NCBI GenBank assembly: GCA_002633005.1
Contig: NMRA01000037.1
Location: 778,703-842,702, forward strand
Length of the DNA stretch: 64,000 nucleotides
From: Phoronis australis
Taxonomy: Eukaryota > Animalia > Phoronida
Direction of reading: 5' to 3'
The position numbers and the translations under genes are program-made. This document shows positions 39,701-54,700 of this stretch, one piece after another (positions within the stretch are counted from its first letter, which is position 1; the number at the start of each line of letters is the position of its first letter). The notes beneath the pieces are model-generated. The model had not been told where the DNA came from and made no database searches. It worked only from the letters and a program-made list of their open reading frames with translations.

Positions 39701-42700
39701 TTCCTGACAAATGCAAAATGAACAGTGTTACATAAAACGCACCAAAGAATGCAATAGCCAATCACAAGTGATAACTAAAAGTCAAAGGTACATAAATGTA
39801 TCAAGTTGTTTACTCCTATAAATAGTACCAACACTGACCTATGTAGTATATTTATTCATTCACCATAAGCCACAAGTGACAATGTGAGATATAACATCTT
39901 AACATAAAACTTTGTTGCCCCGCTATCTTGTGGTCTAATTTGAAGATACCACTGTAATACAGACTGCAGTGACTTACTCTCTGAACACTACATCACTGTC
40001 ATGGAAGGGTCTGATCCTGAGGGGCAACGCCGTGTTGTTGGGCCCCAGGGTATAGGCCGTGTCAGTGGACAGCTCCCCTTCGTATGCATCATTGTTCCGG
40101 CCTTCAAAGTCGTAGAAACCTCGAATGCCAGACTTGGCACTGTTTACGGTGGCTGTATTGATTTCATTGGAATAGAAGTTCCTACAATGATTGGGTTAGA
40201 AATGACAAAAAAACAGCAAATGAAATCTGATACAGAACCACTTTCGACATATGCATCAAAAGTAAAAAATACAACACACACATAAAATTTAATTCAATGT
40301 GAGTGTGTTGTGTCTGGTTTAATCAAGAAAAATTGGACAATGCTACACAAAATCCTTACGCCAATGCCTCATCAATCTGCACCAGCATCTCATGTGAGTT
40401 TGAATCGCACCTGTACACTCTCACTACTTCCCCTTCCANCCTTCCCCCCCCCCCCCCCTCCCTTCCCTTAGACTTACTGCCTCATGGAGTGCTTTGAGAA
40501 CTCATCGTCAGCAGCCAGGCTGAGACTGTCCATCTTGTGGAGGCGACGTTGTTGCACACAGATGATGATGATAAGAATGACCAGCAAGATGAAGCCTGCA
40601 CAGCCAGCAGCAATACCTGGTTGAGATGAACTGAGCATGTAATGGCTGAAGTAGGGTAAAACAGGGGATATGGTGGCTGATGTAGGATAAAACAGGGAAT
40701 GTAATGACTGACTTAGGGTAAAACAGAAGACTTGGTGGCTGACACAGGAGAAAACAGCGAATGTAACGTCTGAAGCAGGGTAAAACAGGATGATACAGGA
40801 GAAAATGGAATGCAATGTCTGAAGTCAGGTGAAAGAGAGAACATGGCGGCTGACATAAGAGAAAACAGCAAATGTAGTCTGCAGCACAGCAAAACGAGGG
40901 TGTAATGCGTAGCAGAAGAAGGGTAGAACAGGGAATTTAGTGGATGCAAAACAAAGAATGAAGTGGCAAAGTAAGAGGTCAAAACAAAGACCCATAGTGG
41001 CAAAGGAGTCGGGAAGGTAGCCAGGGGTTAAATTTGGGTGCGCAGTGGCTAAAATAGGAGAAAACAGACCATGAAGTAGGATAAAACCTCAAACACCACC
41101 TGGTGTTGATATCAAAAACATGACTCTAGCCTACAACACGTCAACTGGACAGGTTGTCATTCAGTATACTTCTACACCTTACTTCCTGCATGATGGCCAC
41201 TTCCATTATCTCTACAAACATTATGTAACTTAACATAAATGTTGATTACTTGAAGAGAAAGCTAACTTTAACTTAAATTGATCAGGTTCAATGCCATCCG
41301 CACAATATTACAATCTACTCATAGGGACAGTATATACTAACCACCAATAGCACCATCTGAGAGAGCCACTGCCCGCTCGGGCTCAACTGGCTTGGGCATG
41401 GCTGGGGTCTGCACACTGACTGGGGTTGAAAATGAGCCATTACCACCCCTACAAATATACACAGTTGAACACAACACTGTATTTAAAAAAATTCAAGGTA
41501 AATGGAAAAAACAAAATTGGTATGCAATATTGCTGAAAAGGCCATATAAAAAAACTAACAAATAACAACTACAGCATGTCTTTTACCCCAATTTATTCGC
41601 CATCTGTTGGCAGGATTTTGATCTTACCTTATTCCTTTCCACATTATGCTGTTTTGAGATCCATTGCTAATGCTTTAGTGCTATTTGTATGTGTGCCATG
41701 CTTATAGTCTAACATGGTTTATAAGTCACTTTATTACTGACCACACATGCTGGTCACGGATCAGAGTTTATTTGTAATGCGGCAATTTTGTCAATTCTTG
41801 CTTCCGCATTTACTAATAATAAGATTGTTTAGCGTCTTCTCCCTGGCTGTGTTCATTACAGCTAATTGGTGTAAGTTATGTTTGATATTCACTTCGAGCT
41901 TTCACATTGTTTTTTTGTAATAGAAGGTTTGGCAAGATACGCTGTAATGTGTTTATAATTAGTTTCTATTATTACAGAACTTAAGTATCAAATTGGAAAA
42001 TGTGTTGTTATTTTGAAAACAGCTAACTCGTATGTTTGTTCAGATGACTTACACAATGCTTTGTATAGATTTCAGTTGAACCGCGCTATAAGCGACAGAA
42101 AAAAAGTAATGTGCAAAATAAAACTGCTTGCGATCTTCCTTGCAGCTTTAACGTTTTTCACAACCACAACTAACCCGATACATTTAATTGAAACACTTAA
42201 GAACATATTCAAAATCTGGAGGCTAAATAAATTGTAGTGGATAGTGCCGGTAATTATGCTAATATGCTTTTCAAAAACCAGAATTTTAATGTATAGCAAG
42301 TGCTCACCTGTTGTAAGAAGCCACCTTCACCAGGTAAGCTGTATTCTGGATCAGCCCCGTGACCAGGTGTGAATTACCGGAGGCTCTCTCCACTGTGTAT
42401 TGACTAGTGTTGAGTGGAGCGTGGGCCACCAGGTAACCAACCACACTCTCATTGTACACCAACTGTAAATAGAAAATACGCATTATAAAAGTAATTGCAG
42501 GCAGTCTGGTACACGTGACGGGCCCAATGCACTGATCACCTGGAACCATTTTATGCTTTATTAATATATAGTTAAAACTGAGCCGAGGAGCTAGAAACCT
42601 GACTCAAGGGTCTAGCAGTGTGACCCAGTTGGACTCGAACCCACGACCTCGAGTACAGGAAGTAAACACTTGTCATACTAGGCCACACTGCTTCCTCTGT

Positions 42701-45700
42701 AATATGGAGAGACAATATGGTGGAGAACTGTACAACATTCAAGAACAGAAAATCAAGTGCTTCTTTTGTATGAAACTAAACATGAAAAAATGCTGGAAAT
42801 GTTCCACTAGAAATTCAAAATTATAAAACAGTACAATTTCACCGCACAAATAAAAACAACGGAAAAATCGCACGCTCATCGTTCATAGAGTGAAGTTTGC
42901 AGGACCTCTGCAGTTGGCGAATGGACTAATCCCTGCAGAATGTATTATGACGGTCTTAAGTAAAAAACAACAAGAAATGACATTAACGTTTAAAACTGAG
43001 CTTTTATATTCAAGCAGATAATCTTCTTCTCATGCTCTTCACATAAAATCACTGCAAATAAATTCAACATCTTCAATATCACAAATCTCGACTTACATTC
43101 CATTGCACCAAGATCTTGTCATGTCCTCTTGGAATGACTCTGACACCAGAGGGTGCTGACTGCGGCTTCCTCTCATACACCTCTACAACCATTTTGACGA
43201 AATCACTCCACGTGCCAGCCTGTGAGTTGCCCGCCCTCAGTTGAACATCGTACAAGGATGAGTAGGCTAACTTGTGGAGTACTACGGCAGTAGTGGTAGA
43301 CGGCTGCACCACAATGGGTGACACGCTGGAGTTGACCTTAGAGTAATACACCTCGTATATGATGAAGGCTGCAAAAGGTTTTATCATTTTATATGAATAT
43401 GTAGATCTTAAACCAGCGTGGAAATATAGAATGTACATTTTGAAGTCTGATCTCCACGTCATGTGTTGACCACATCACGTGACCCAAAGATATGGCCACC
43501 AGGTGGCGTGCAGACCAGACTTGAAAATGTTTGAGTTTCATCATTTTACTCCATGAATTATTTTTCAAACTGATAACTCTTGCTTGAGTAACACTTTTAA
43601 CTTTTATAATACTAATAATAATAGTAATAATAGGGATAATAATAATGGCAAAGCTTTGTAAAATACATCAAAATTACTTGCACAAATATAATGTCCTGTG
43701 GTTTCTGGGTTTGTTTGTTGCTGTTCAATGGGTGCTCCTTTTATGCAATATTATCTCATTCAAATCATATCTGGGAAAGAAAAAAGTTAATATCCAATGA
43801 CACCACAGAGAATGTTATTAATAACAGCAATATGATTAAAACCTACCAGGGTCCCCATTCATCTCAAGAGGAGCATCCCACGTCACCTCTATATTGTTGC
43901 CGTTGACTGCTGTTTGCACATTCACTGGAACTGATGGAGCTAGAAAGAATAAAAAAAAACAAAAATGAAAACAATGTGATGTCCAAATAACGAGGGTCCC
44001 ACTAAATATGCATTCGTCACGCACTATATTCATCCACACAGTAAATGTTTAACCCATGAAAGCTTTTGACATTATAGACCACGGTGCCAAAAACAACAGA
44101 CGTCATTTACAAAGCGCTCGAGAAAACATTTCGCCAAATGATGACTGACATGTCATTTGGTCATATTTCAGTAAAGCAATTTGAGCAACAAGTTACCAAT
44201 GTCAGTAGTAAAGCTTAAGTTATCAATAAGTGACTGTTGACTTTCACAACATACCTCCCTCTTTCGTTCGTACTGTTGTTGCATTGCTATACCCTCCATC
44301 ACCAATAGCGTTAACAGCCTTCACTCTGAATGTATACTCTGTGAACGGCTGCAGGTTGTCAAAGGTGTAGATGGAGTAACGGACATTATCCACTGATGTC
44401 CACACGCCAGTGGCAGCCATCTTGTATTGTACGACGTGACTGGTGATCGGAGGAACGATATGTGGGTTGGACCAGGCGAGGGTGACACGTGATGCCTGGG
44501 CGTTTGTGAACGAGAGGCTAGTTGGAGCTGCTGGCACTGTAACAACAATAACAGATGAGTAGGAAAAAGTAAAGAAAAATGCAAAGACTTGGTCTGACAC
44601 ACACTTCTTGGGACTTACTGGTTATTTCATGGGATAGCTTGTGGCAGGTCCGGAATATTTCACATCATTTACAGTAAGAGAGCACTTCCACATAACTCCC
44701 ACTCAATGTGTCTACCGTGTAATTAATAATAAAATGTCAGTCGTCTTCTCACCTGTCAAAGTCTGAGTATCACCTCCATACACATTGGATGCCATGCAGC
44801 GGTAGTTACTGCTGATATCGGTTTCCTGAACACGAAGAGTTCCATTAGCCAGGACAGAGTGGCCAATAGGTGGCGGTAGGCCATCCTGGATCTCAGTTGG
44901 GCCAATGTAGTACCTGATCTTGGGGGAAGGTGTTCCCTGGGCGAGGCAGTGAATCAACAGGAAGTCCTTCAACCGAATGGCAGAGACTGTGACCAAGGCA
45001 GGTACACCTATTGAGAACAACAATATTAGAAATAATAATGGTAATGATAATGATAACAATAACAATAATAATACAAATAATAATAACAGTAATAATAATG
45101 ATGACACTAATAATAATGATGATGATGATAATGACAATAACAACAATAATGATGACTGGTTATTACTGGTCATCATGGTACTGTCCGTGCTGCTAATATA
45201 TTCAACATGCCTTTTGTCCAACTCAACTCTCCAGAAGAGAGTCAACAACAGTTACAACAAGAATAAGATTCTAAACATCATCAGATGCCTGAATGTAACG
45301 GATAACAACAATGAACATTCATCTTAAGCGAGGGCTTTGAAGTGCACAGTAGCTGAAAATAGTAATCGCTTTTAAAGAACCTCTAAAAAAAATTTGTTTT
45401 ATTTTCAATTGTTTCCATATAAGTGCTTTTAAAAAACTTATATGCAGCAAAAGATAAAAGGATCCATTTTTGAGTGTTTATTGACATTTATAATTTGCTG
45501 TGCGTCCTTGATTTTTATTAACATAAAAAATAAACCGACATTCCAACATGGAATAAATATTTCTGTGACGCAAACATTTACAATCCGTGCTCAACAGTTT
45601 CAGATAGCATTTCTGTGACGCAAACATTTACAATGCGTGCTCAACAGTTTCAGATAGCATTTCTGTGACGCAAACATTTACAATGCGTGGTCAACAGTTT

Positions 45701-48700
45701 CAGATAGCCCATGGTCAAAAATGACCCAAACTACCTTACCTTCAACATACACCTGGGCAGTACTGTTTACACATCCCATAATATTACAGGCTGTACACGT
45801 CCACACACCCCAGTGTGTTCTCACAACAGCGCGCGGGATTCTCACGCCATTGCCATTGACAACGTACTCCCCAGAGGTGACTGCACTGCCATCTGGTGTA
45901 GTCCACGAGACTGACGGAATGGGGTCACCTGACGTAGTACAGCTGAGACTGGTGGCATCCCCTACCAGCACCGTGACAGGTGAGGTGATGGTTGAAATTA
46001 CTGGTGGAACTAGACAATGTGAACAGAGTAATAATTACGATATTATAGAATAATCGATAACTAACAGACTACAGTAGAAAGAATAACGAGCCATGATAGA
46101 AGGCATCAATAAATTTTGCATGATTACATATAACATTTTTGCATAAAACACAGAATAAATAAATAAATATGTTTAGGCAGCCCCAATGAGAATTACAATA
46201 CATGGAAGCAACGAAGAACAACAGAAATGGTACAAGACCTAAATGAATCCAAATTACTTGGCCTTCCCAATAACTTGAAGAAAATCTAATTCAAATAGTT
46301 TGAGTTGAGAGTGCTTATGAAGTTAAATTCTCTCATGACTGTGAGAATACATAATTAGAAATGAAGTCTATGATAACTATTTGATTAACATGAACAGTAA
46401 CTGTTATAGCAGACGACAGAAAAAGAATGGACACCTGTAGCCAGCAATTCGTCATAAAATCACGTATAAAAAGAATTTAAACAATTGAAATACTTAGACA
46501 GCAATGAGGAAAATGTTCAGCATACCTTGCACATTTAAGTAGGCGTGGCCAGACACACTTGATACGGAGTTGACAGCTCGACACAAATACCAGCCTTCAT
46601 CATTCTGACGCAGCCGCTGCAAGCACAATTATGGTTATCAACAGTGATAATACACACTGTTTCGAAAATGATAGAGATCAGGTAAGTTATTTTATCCAGG
46701 TGTGAAACTCATTTCGTAACTGCGAAAATTCTTCACTTGTTTTATATGAAATAATTGTCAAAATAATTACTTTTCCATTTTCCGAAGGCAGACTACTTTG
46801 CTACAAATAATAAAAATTACACCAGAAGTTTCCGACAGCTCTTCAATCTATGCTACACTACCAACAGAGTGAAATTTTCTTAATATTTTTTTTAAAAATT
46901 TGGAAATTTAAAATTCCACTTGTCGGCCATATTTACTGCTAAGTAGACCAAGACTTACCACAACCCCAATACAAGGAAGGGAGACCCAAATTTCTTAACT
47001 AAGTTTCCCTGAACTCTAGTTTCTACCAAAACCAACCGCAGTAAGACCAAAAGTTGAAACATAGGTACACCCTGATCATGAGGTCTTGCACCCCGATCAT
47101 GAGGACCCTAAACCACCTTTTAGATGCAGCTCGTTAAACAAAATAATTTTGGTCACTACCATGAAGTCTCATCAATTTAAGACACAATATGGCCAAGAAG
47201 TGAATTTTTATTTTAATTTCTCATTTTTTCAATGAAAGAGAGGCTGCACCAAAGTGTAATGCTTTCCTATATTCAAGGTCTGCACCATAGCAACCGTTAA
47301 AATTTTGTTGGAAAATTGTGGGCATTCACGACAACGTAAGAAGCCTTTTAAAACTGTGGAAAGGACAATTTCAATAATTTCTTTCGTCCGAAATTTGAAA
47401 GATTACACCGTAGTAGCTATACAAACATTTCAGTTATGTCTGCAACTATAATGTTCAGACACTTTAATTTAACCTCAAGTTTAGTAACTTATGGTTATGC
47501 TTGGTTAAATCCTATTTTAAATGTTATACAATTATAACTTATAGTTCCCTAAAACCTTTCATTCCTAAGATTACTTAGTTCAACCCCAACAGGCAGGTAA
47601 CACAGTCTTGCAACTTGCAAAAGAACAAATTTAGATTTTTTTTAATCTGAACACCTTCAGCACTTACAGTACAGCAACACTAATTACAATACAACATTGT
47701 TGATTTACCTGAAAGATGAGGTCACCCGTTGACATGACGATGACATTTGACCCTTGATTTGTGATAATCTCCACTCCTTGACTTCCTGAGCTGTCCGACA
47801 TGTACCAGTAGAAGAGTGGAGGGTTCCTAGCTTTGGCAGAACATTTCAAAGTGAGGCTCTCACTCAAGTTACCAGTCGAGTTGGCCGGGGCTATCAACCA
47901 CACTGGCTGATCTGGAACAAGTGCCAGAAGAAACATGTGAACGCAGCACTAAATGCTTGTGAAAATGAGACATCCACTTACTAGGTTCATTTGCATTGTA
48001 AAATTTGCTGGCCACAAAATCCTGAATAACTCTACTCATCCTAGAAAAATAGAACTACGGTGAATCCTCAATTAGTTCGCACAAAAATAACTGGCAAAAT
48101 TGTAATTTTTCATTTTTTTGAAGGCAGGTCACTTTGCAACAAATGACGGAACAATAACCAAATTTCTTACGACACCTACAGAGTACAAACAAGCTAACAA
48201 CTGACAACATTTATCATTTCATTTCTGTTGAGAAATTTAACAAAATAAAATTTTACTAGTCCACAATAACATGCTCGAAGTAGGTAAAGAATTACTGTAA
48301 CACAGACACATGTATAATTGACTTCTTTGGTTCTTACCAAATGTGTAGAGGTCAGCAGTGACTTCACGCTTGCCAACACTGTTCTCAGCAACGCAGGTGT
48401 AGGAGCCCAACTGAGATGACCTCAGCCCCGTAATATGGATAGTGTTGTTGGAGTAGATATCCATGTTATCCTCTGGAAGTAAAGATCAAACATGAGAAAA
48501 CACCCGGGGAACATTCAATGAAAACGTGAGAGAGGTGGCTTCACACAGTAAGTAAAGTAGTTCCATTCAAATTCAAGGACTTCTTTCAACTGATTTAGAG
48601 AAGCTTTCGATGACTGTACATCACGCCCAAAATTGAAAATTCAGAACTTCTGCATCTGTGATTGGCTGCTCCCTGACCTTTGATGGGGATCATTCATTGA

Positions 48701-51700
48701 TCATATATCACAGTCAGCGGATGATCCCAATCCATGGTTAGGCAGCTGTCAATCAGAGGGCAGCTATCTCAACAACAAAAAATACAAAATGATCCTGTTG
48801 ATCGAGTTCAACTTGTAACATGCATAATGCTTTAGACCGGGGTTACATATCCGTCAGGGATCAATTAAATTGATCTGTGCTGCTATATTGGAATTGTCTT
48901 GTCTGCAGTGACCACATCATTAAAAGAATTGAACCAGATTCCAGTCCCAACAGAGAATAAAAAAACAGTTCATATTGCTGACAATATATATTAAGCAATG
49001 TGTAAAACATGGGGTTGACCTGTTTGGGACTATACAAATTAATCAGAGAAATGTGAAAATGTGAAACAGTTTCTCAGTGAGGATCTGCACTATAATATTA
49101 TTCCCATTTGGGTATCATATTTCCGAGACAAGTTCCAACGTTATTTTCCTCCGGACTTAAATAAATATAACCCCCACACAGCCCCTTCCACATATTTATC
49201 ACACTCATTAAAATGAGTGTCTGGGAGAGAGTAGATGGAAAACTCCCAAAGTCTCAAATAATTAGGAACAACCACCTCTAGTGGCAACATCTTGTAAACC
49301 CCTGCAGTTGACATGTTATTCTAATATCGCATTCACATCCATGTTGGCAAGCCTGTGAATATTAATACTATAATCAATTTCCGTAATCACTTTTGTCCTA
49401 AATTGGAAACCCTTTACCACTACATGTAATAATACAACTAGTGTCAGTGTGTCCCTAAGTCAAACAGAAGGGATTTCTGAGCTCATAATTTTATGCACTG
49501 AAAGCCACATGATCAGCAATCACTGTGTTCCATGGCAAAAAGCTGCATGGAGTTATGAGATGGCACATTGCTTGTAATGAAATGGTCAGTAAACAATCAT
49601 AGCAAGCCATATCGGTGGGTTTGTCCTTTTGTTCACATGAAGTCTTGTGAACTGAATCGGTTTCACAACCACAAGCCTTAGACCCCATCATAATTCTATC
49701 ACACTTCCTAACAGTCACCCACAGCAACAGGCTTCTTTGGTCTTACCCAGTACAATACGTTGTCCGTTCCTTCTCCATGACACACTGGGGGTAGGATGAC
49801 CGGTGGCCATGCACTCTATCTGGACAACACTGCCAAGAGTGACCATCTGATCTTTAGGCAACAGCTGGAAACTGGGAGGCACTGAAACACAAACATTTCA
49901 TAATAACAAGTTCAGACACATATAGGTGGCATACTGCCACAGTTTATCAGGATTGCACCTCCAAGCCGTTAGCAAGACTGTCGTAGTGCCACCCTATGGC
50001 TACACCGGTAACTGAAAAATCATCCGTACTCTCAGGTCAAATCTACTGGGGATCGCTCGCCAAAGGGAAAGGACAGGAAGAGTGTGTAAAGATAAGGTTG
50101 GGTAGGGAAACATGCAGAGATGAGTTCCATCATCGCCAGGTTTTTGATCCACATCTTAAGCTGAGTCGTATACCAAGAGGCAACGTACCAATGGAGTTCA
50201 CAAGACATTCACAATATGGTGCCATGTCAAGGTAACTGAATCTTGGTTTTAGGAAAAGATGGGGGAGGCTAAATGGCATTTCCGTGCTGTGGCCACTAGA
50301 TAGCTCAAAAGCTAGTCTAGAACTAGCTATCATCAGAGGGCTGCCTCTTGTTAGCTTAAAGAAAATCCTCCAACATTTGTAGTTCCAGTTGGAGACTGGA
50401 TGGGGACCTGTATGTGTGATGGGGGCTGAGACATTCCTGAGGTTACTCCTCATCCATGTGTCAACTTATCCAAGTTTTGGAATTCCTTAAGGTGAATGAT
50501 GTTGTACTCTTCACAAGTGTAATAACTCTCCCAGTATTAAACACACCCCTACTATCACCTACACAACACACCACTCACGGGACACTGTCACCTTGACTGT
50601 AGCGTGCATCACAGCCTACACAACACACCATTCACAGGACATTGTCACCTTGACTGTAGCATGCATCACAGCCTACACAACACACCACTCACGGGACACT
50701 GTCACCTTGACAGTAGCGTGCATCACAGCCTACACAACACACCACTCACGGGACACTGTCACCTTGACTGTAGCGTGCATCACAGCCTACCCAACACACA
50801 ACTCACCGGACACTGTCACCTTGACTGTAGCATGTATCACAGTCAACAGATTCCTAGCTTCACATGTGTACTGGCCTTCGTGCATTTTCCTCACAAACGG
50901 CAGGACCAAGCTTCCATTACTGAGCAGCTGTAAGAGACACACCTTGGTACGTAAATGACATGTTGAAGTTGTATACAACAATGATAATACAGACTCTAGA
51001 ATGATGAATCATCTCCAACAGTTAAAACACAAACTACAGATAACAGTTGCAGTAGCCGTTTGAGATTTTATTTTGAAAATGCAAAATGGACCTAGAGACA
51101 AGGGGGGCACCAACCTTGCTCAGCCATTTTTTGCATTGCTGCCATACAGCAATACCAAGAGCACTCTGTGTGTATAACTGTCAAACATTCTCATGTCACC
51201 ATCCAGAGCGTAGATAACTGTGTCACAGAGTTGCTCAAAAACACTATCCATTACATAGCAAAACACAAGTTCAACAGATTCTAAAAGGGATTATTACCGT
51301 AAACTTTTACATCAAACATCAGTCGAAATATACTTGCATACTGATCTTACAGTGAACTAACTCTAGAAAGGACTGTGTTCCACATATTAGCCAAGTAACT
51401 AACCTGATATGAAGACCCGGTCTGTATAGGGAGGCTGTTACCTACTTTGTACCACAGAATTATGGGTAAAGGTCGCCCAGTAGCTTCACAGTTCAATACA
51501 ATGCGATCACCCTCTAATACGGAGTGTGAAACTGGCTCAAGGGTGAAACTGGGAGGTACTGTAACAATACATACATATCAAGCATGAATCTACAACTTGA
51601 AAGAAACTAGCGTTGTGGAGCACCCCCCTAAAGAACCTCATGTGATTCAGTGCATAAGTCTTTACCAGTTTCTATTGATTTGTTTTGTTATTTTTATTTA

Positions 51701-54700
51701 ACAAACTTAAAAAAAAACAACGGCATATACATCATAACATGCTTTGAACCTTACAGTCTCAATAGAATAACGGGAGGTACATTTTAACTACTAAAGACAA
51801 CTTTGGCGACTTGCCAAAGTCAAGAAATAGATCCTCTATCAGTAATTAATAAAATATCATTACTTACACTGAATTGTTATAGTAGCAGACACGGTAGCCG
51901 TGGAAACCACATTGGTTGCTATGCAAGTGTAGCGTCCGTGGTGAGTTGCTACGGTGTCACTGATCACAAGAGTGCCATTGGACCGTACATAAATTCCAGC
52001 CACGACACCGCTGGGTACTGTCAACACAGCTGTAGGAAAGAATAACACCTACGATTCACACTCAGTTGACTCAAACAATCTGACAGCGAGAGAGACACGA
52101 CAGCAATATGAGCCCTCATGTGCATATGTGGAGGCATAAAAACAAGCTTCTCATATAATTCCCGTCATGAAATCTCTTCATATGAATATCACTTTTACTT
52201 ATTAGAATCAACAGGCTGTAGAAGAAGGAATTATGTTTTTTAGAACACATACCACTACGAAAATCATTTCACATTGAACATTTTAATTAATTTCATAGAC
52301 AGGTCTAATATGAGCACAATAAAACCTGAATCTATCAATTCTAAAAACTGTCCATACCTATAACCTTTAGAAGCACATCATTGCAAGAGCTTTCAATGGC
52401 AGACTAGCATCTTTATGTGGTTGGTAACCTAGCCACCAGGTGTCACCAACACCTCATTCATGACTAACTGACTTCCCAGCTATCATAGTTATTTTCATAA
52501 AAAAGTTCCCTATATTTAAAGATATGTCAAAATATACCCCTTTATTTCGCATGTCACAGTTTCGTGTGAAATACATAAAATCCATCATAGGTGACATACT
52601 TGAATCGGGTAATTTCCATGTCATTACAGGTCTCGGTGTACCATCTGCCTGACAGTGTATCTCTACCACACTGTTCTCAGTGGTGGTGATATCACGTGGG
52701 GTGACTATGAACGAGGGACCAACTGGAACAGACAAAGCTTAACTTAAGTGCTGGGCTAAATCATTGTCAGCTATCAACATCCTTTGACCAACAAGATGCA
52801 CGGATTTTGATCAGTCTGCAACAACATCTCTGGAACGATAAGTACTGGATACTTAACATGTATAAAATTATTTAGCATGTATATTTAACATGGATACTTG
52901 ACAATGATCAAACATTATTTACTAAATGACAAACTTTCCTAGTCCGGTATATACAATCAGTACATCTTTCAATATATCACCCAAAATAGTGATTTTTTAA
53001 AATTCAAGGTTTGAAACAAAACGGATTTCAAAGAACATCCAATCATTTGTCAAAATGTCAAAAATACGCAGCCAAAATAATTTTTTTGGAAAATCGATAA
53101 TTACAAAGCTGCATGCTTCCATGGTCATTGCAGCGTTTGCCTTGTCAAAACCCGCGTTTTCAACATTAAATACTACATTTGGTACACTTGTCTTATGAAC
53201 AATTATTTCAAGTTAAAACATTTGTTATTTAACTCCTCTTCAAATAACATGGAGTATGCATTACCTCAATGAGATAAAAAGTGAAAATTATCTAGTTATT
53301 TCAAGTTTTCCATTTGTGGAAATTGACCGTCGGGTATTTTAACACCCACATGATTACTCAGAATCTTCAAAAATTTTAAAGAAGTAGAGTTTCCACACAC
53401 TTACCTTGTACAGTTAGTTTAACCCTGTGTGTGACTGATCCCACTATATTTGAGGCCCTACATGTGTAGGTCCCGGCATCAGAAACTTGCACATTAGTAA
53501 GTTTTATAGCACCAGGGAATGGATATTCTGTCCTCGTAGGAGGGAGGTCTCCATTTTCCTGCAACACAGTATTTATACACTCAGTTATATGAACTAAATG
53601 TACCATATAAACCTGCAGAAAGTCCGTCATATTTAAGAGCACAAAATTGTCAATGAATAGACGTAAGTGAAAGCTAACTCCAATGGCAGTCAAGAGAAAC
53701 TAACTTCCGCAAACTATCAAAAAACTTTGAGAACGAAATAATTGCAGAAATAACTCAACCAGCACCATTTGGTCTCTCCGTGTGAACTTTTCATTTCCTG
53801 GACTATCCTTGATTCATGTGTCAGGATACACTCTATCTTTAGTGAGTACTTCACTTTGAGAACAGCATTCTTCAATATTATGGAAGAGCGTTCCATCAGG
53901 CTAGTAAATGTGAAAGTCAAGACTTTACTAGCGTTTCGTGATTAATCTCACGACCTTGTTTTAATAGTTAACACTAACAAAATGGCTGCCTACAGAAAAT
54001 ATTTGACAAAGGAACATGCAGCTACTGGAGAGAACAGTGCGTACGTCGGGATTTCTCAGCGCAGGTATCTCACGATCAACCAAATGTTTTAGAAAGCACC
54101 GCTGGAAGGCAATATCACATCAGCGTTCAGTGAATCATTCATGACGACTTCCGTCTACAATTCATCTTCATGAACAAAATCTAGCTACAGCTGTGTGCCA
54201 CAAGAGCTGTAGTTACTCTACCTTCCACCAGGAGATGAGAGGAGCAGGTTCACCCATGGCTGAACACTGGAACATGACGGCGCCGGTCTCAAACACCGTG
54301 GTGTCGACAGCGGTAGTGGTGAACTGAGGCCCTGAAACTGGACCTGAGAGGACGGGAAGAAGGGAGATGTCATGAAGACAACTGCGGACGAAATATAATG
54401 CTTGAAGACAACGATAAAATCAAATTTCCTTAGATAATACAAATTAAAAGTCATTCTTATGAAATTGCAAATAGCTCAGAGAGAGGCTGACAAAACTGAA
54501 ATACGAGTCTTCATGAAGTAAAGACATCCATAACATGCAGTTAAAAATTTCATCGTTGCCTCCTGTGATAACGGTAAAAAAGAGAAAAGCTATTTACTAG
54601 GAGACAATTTTAATTAGCTAGTTGAGCATAATGTTGTTTCAAGCCTGCATCTCAGGCCTTCACGTGATCAAGGGCCTGAGCTGCAGGCTTGAAACAACAT

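Noticed and set aside
42615-42691. Possible tRNA gene
   Set aside because: A and B boxes are present, but D and anticodon arms do not fold and the T-arm is mismatched; it continues into SINE-like sequence
44977-45327. Poly-Asn/Asp ORF on the plus strand
   Set aside because: Product of the (AAT/GAT)n microsatellite, antisense to the receptor
49996-50453. Intronic ORFs in a higher-GC patch
   Set aside because: No Ig, RT or transposase motif recognisable; flanking exons already join in phase without it
50593-50958. Plus-strand ORFs with repeated VACITAYTTHH / HHSLHNTP peptides
   Set aside because: Translation of the 57-bp array, antisense to a real exon
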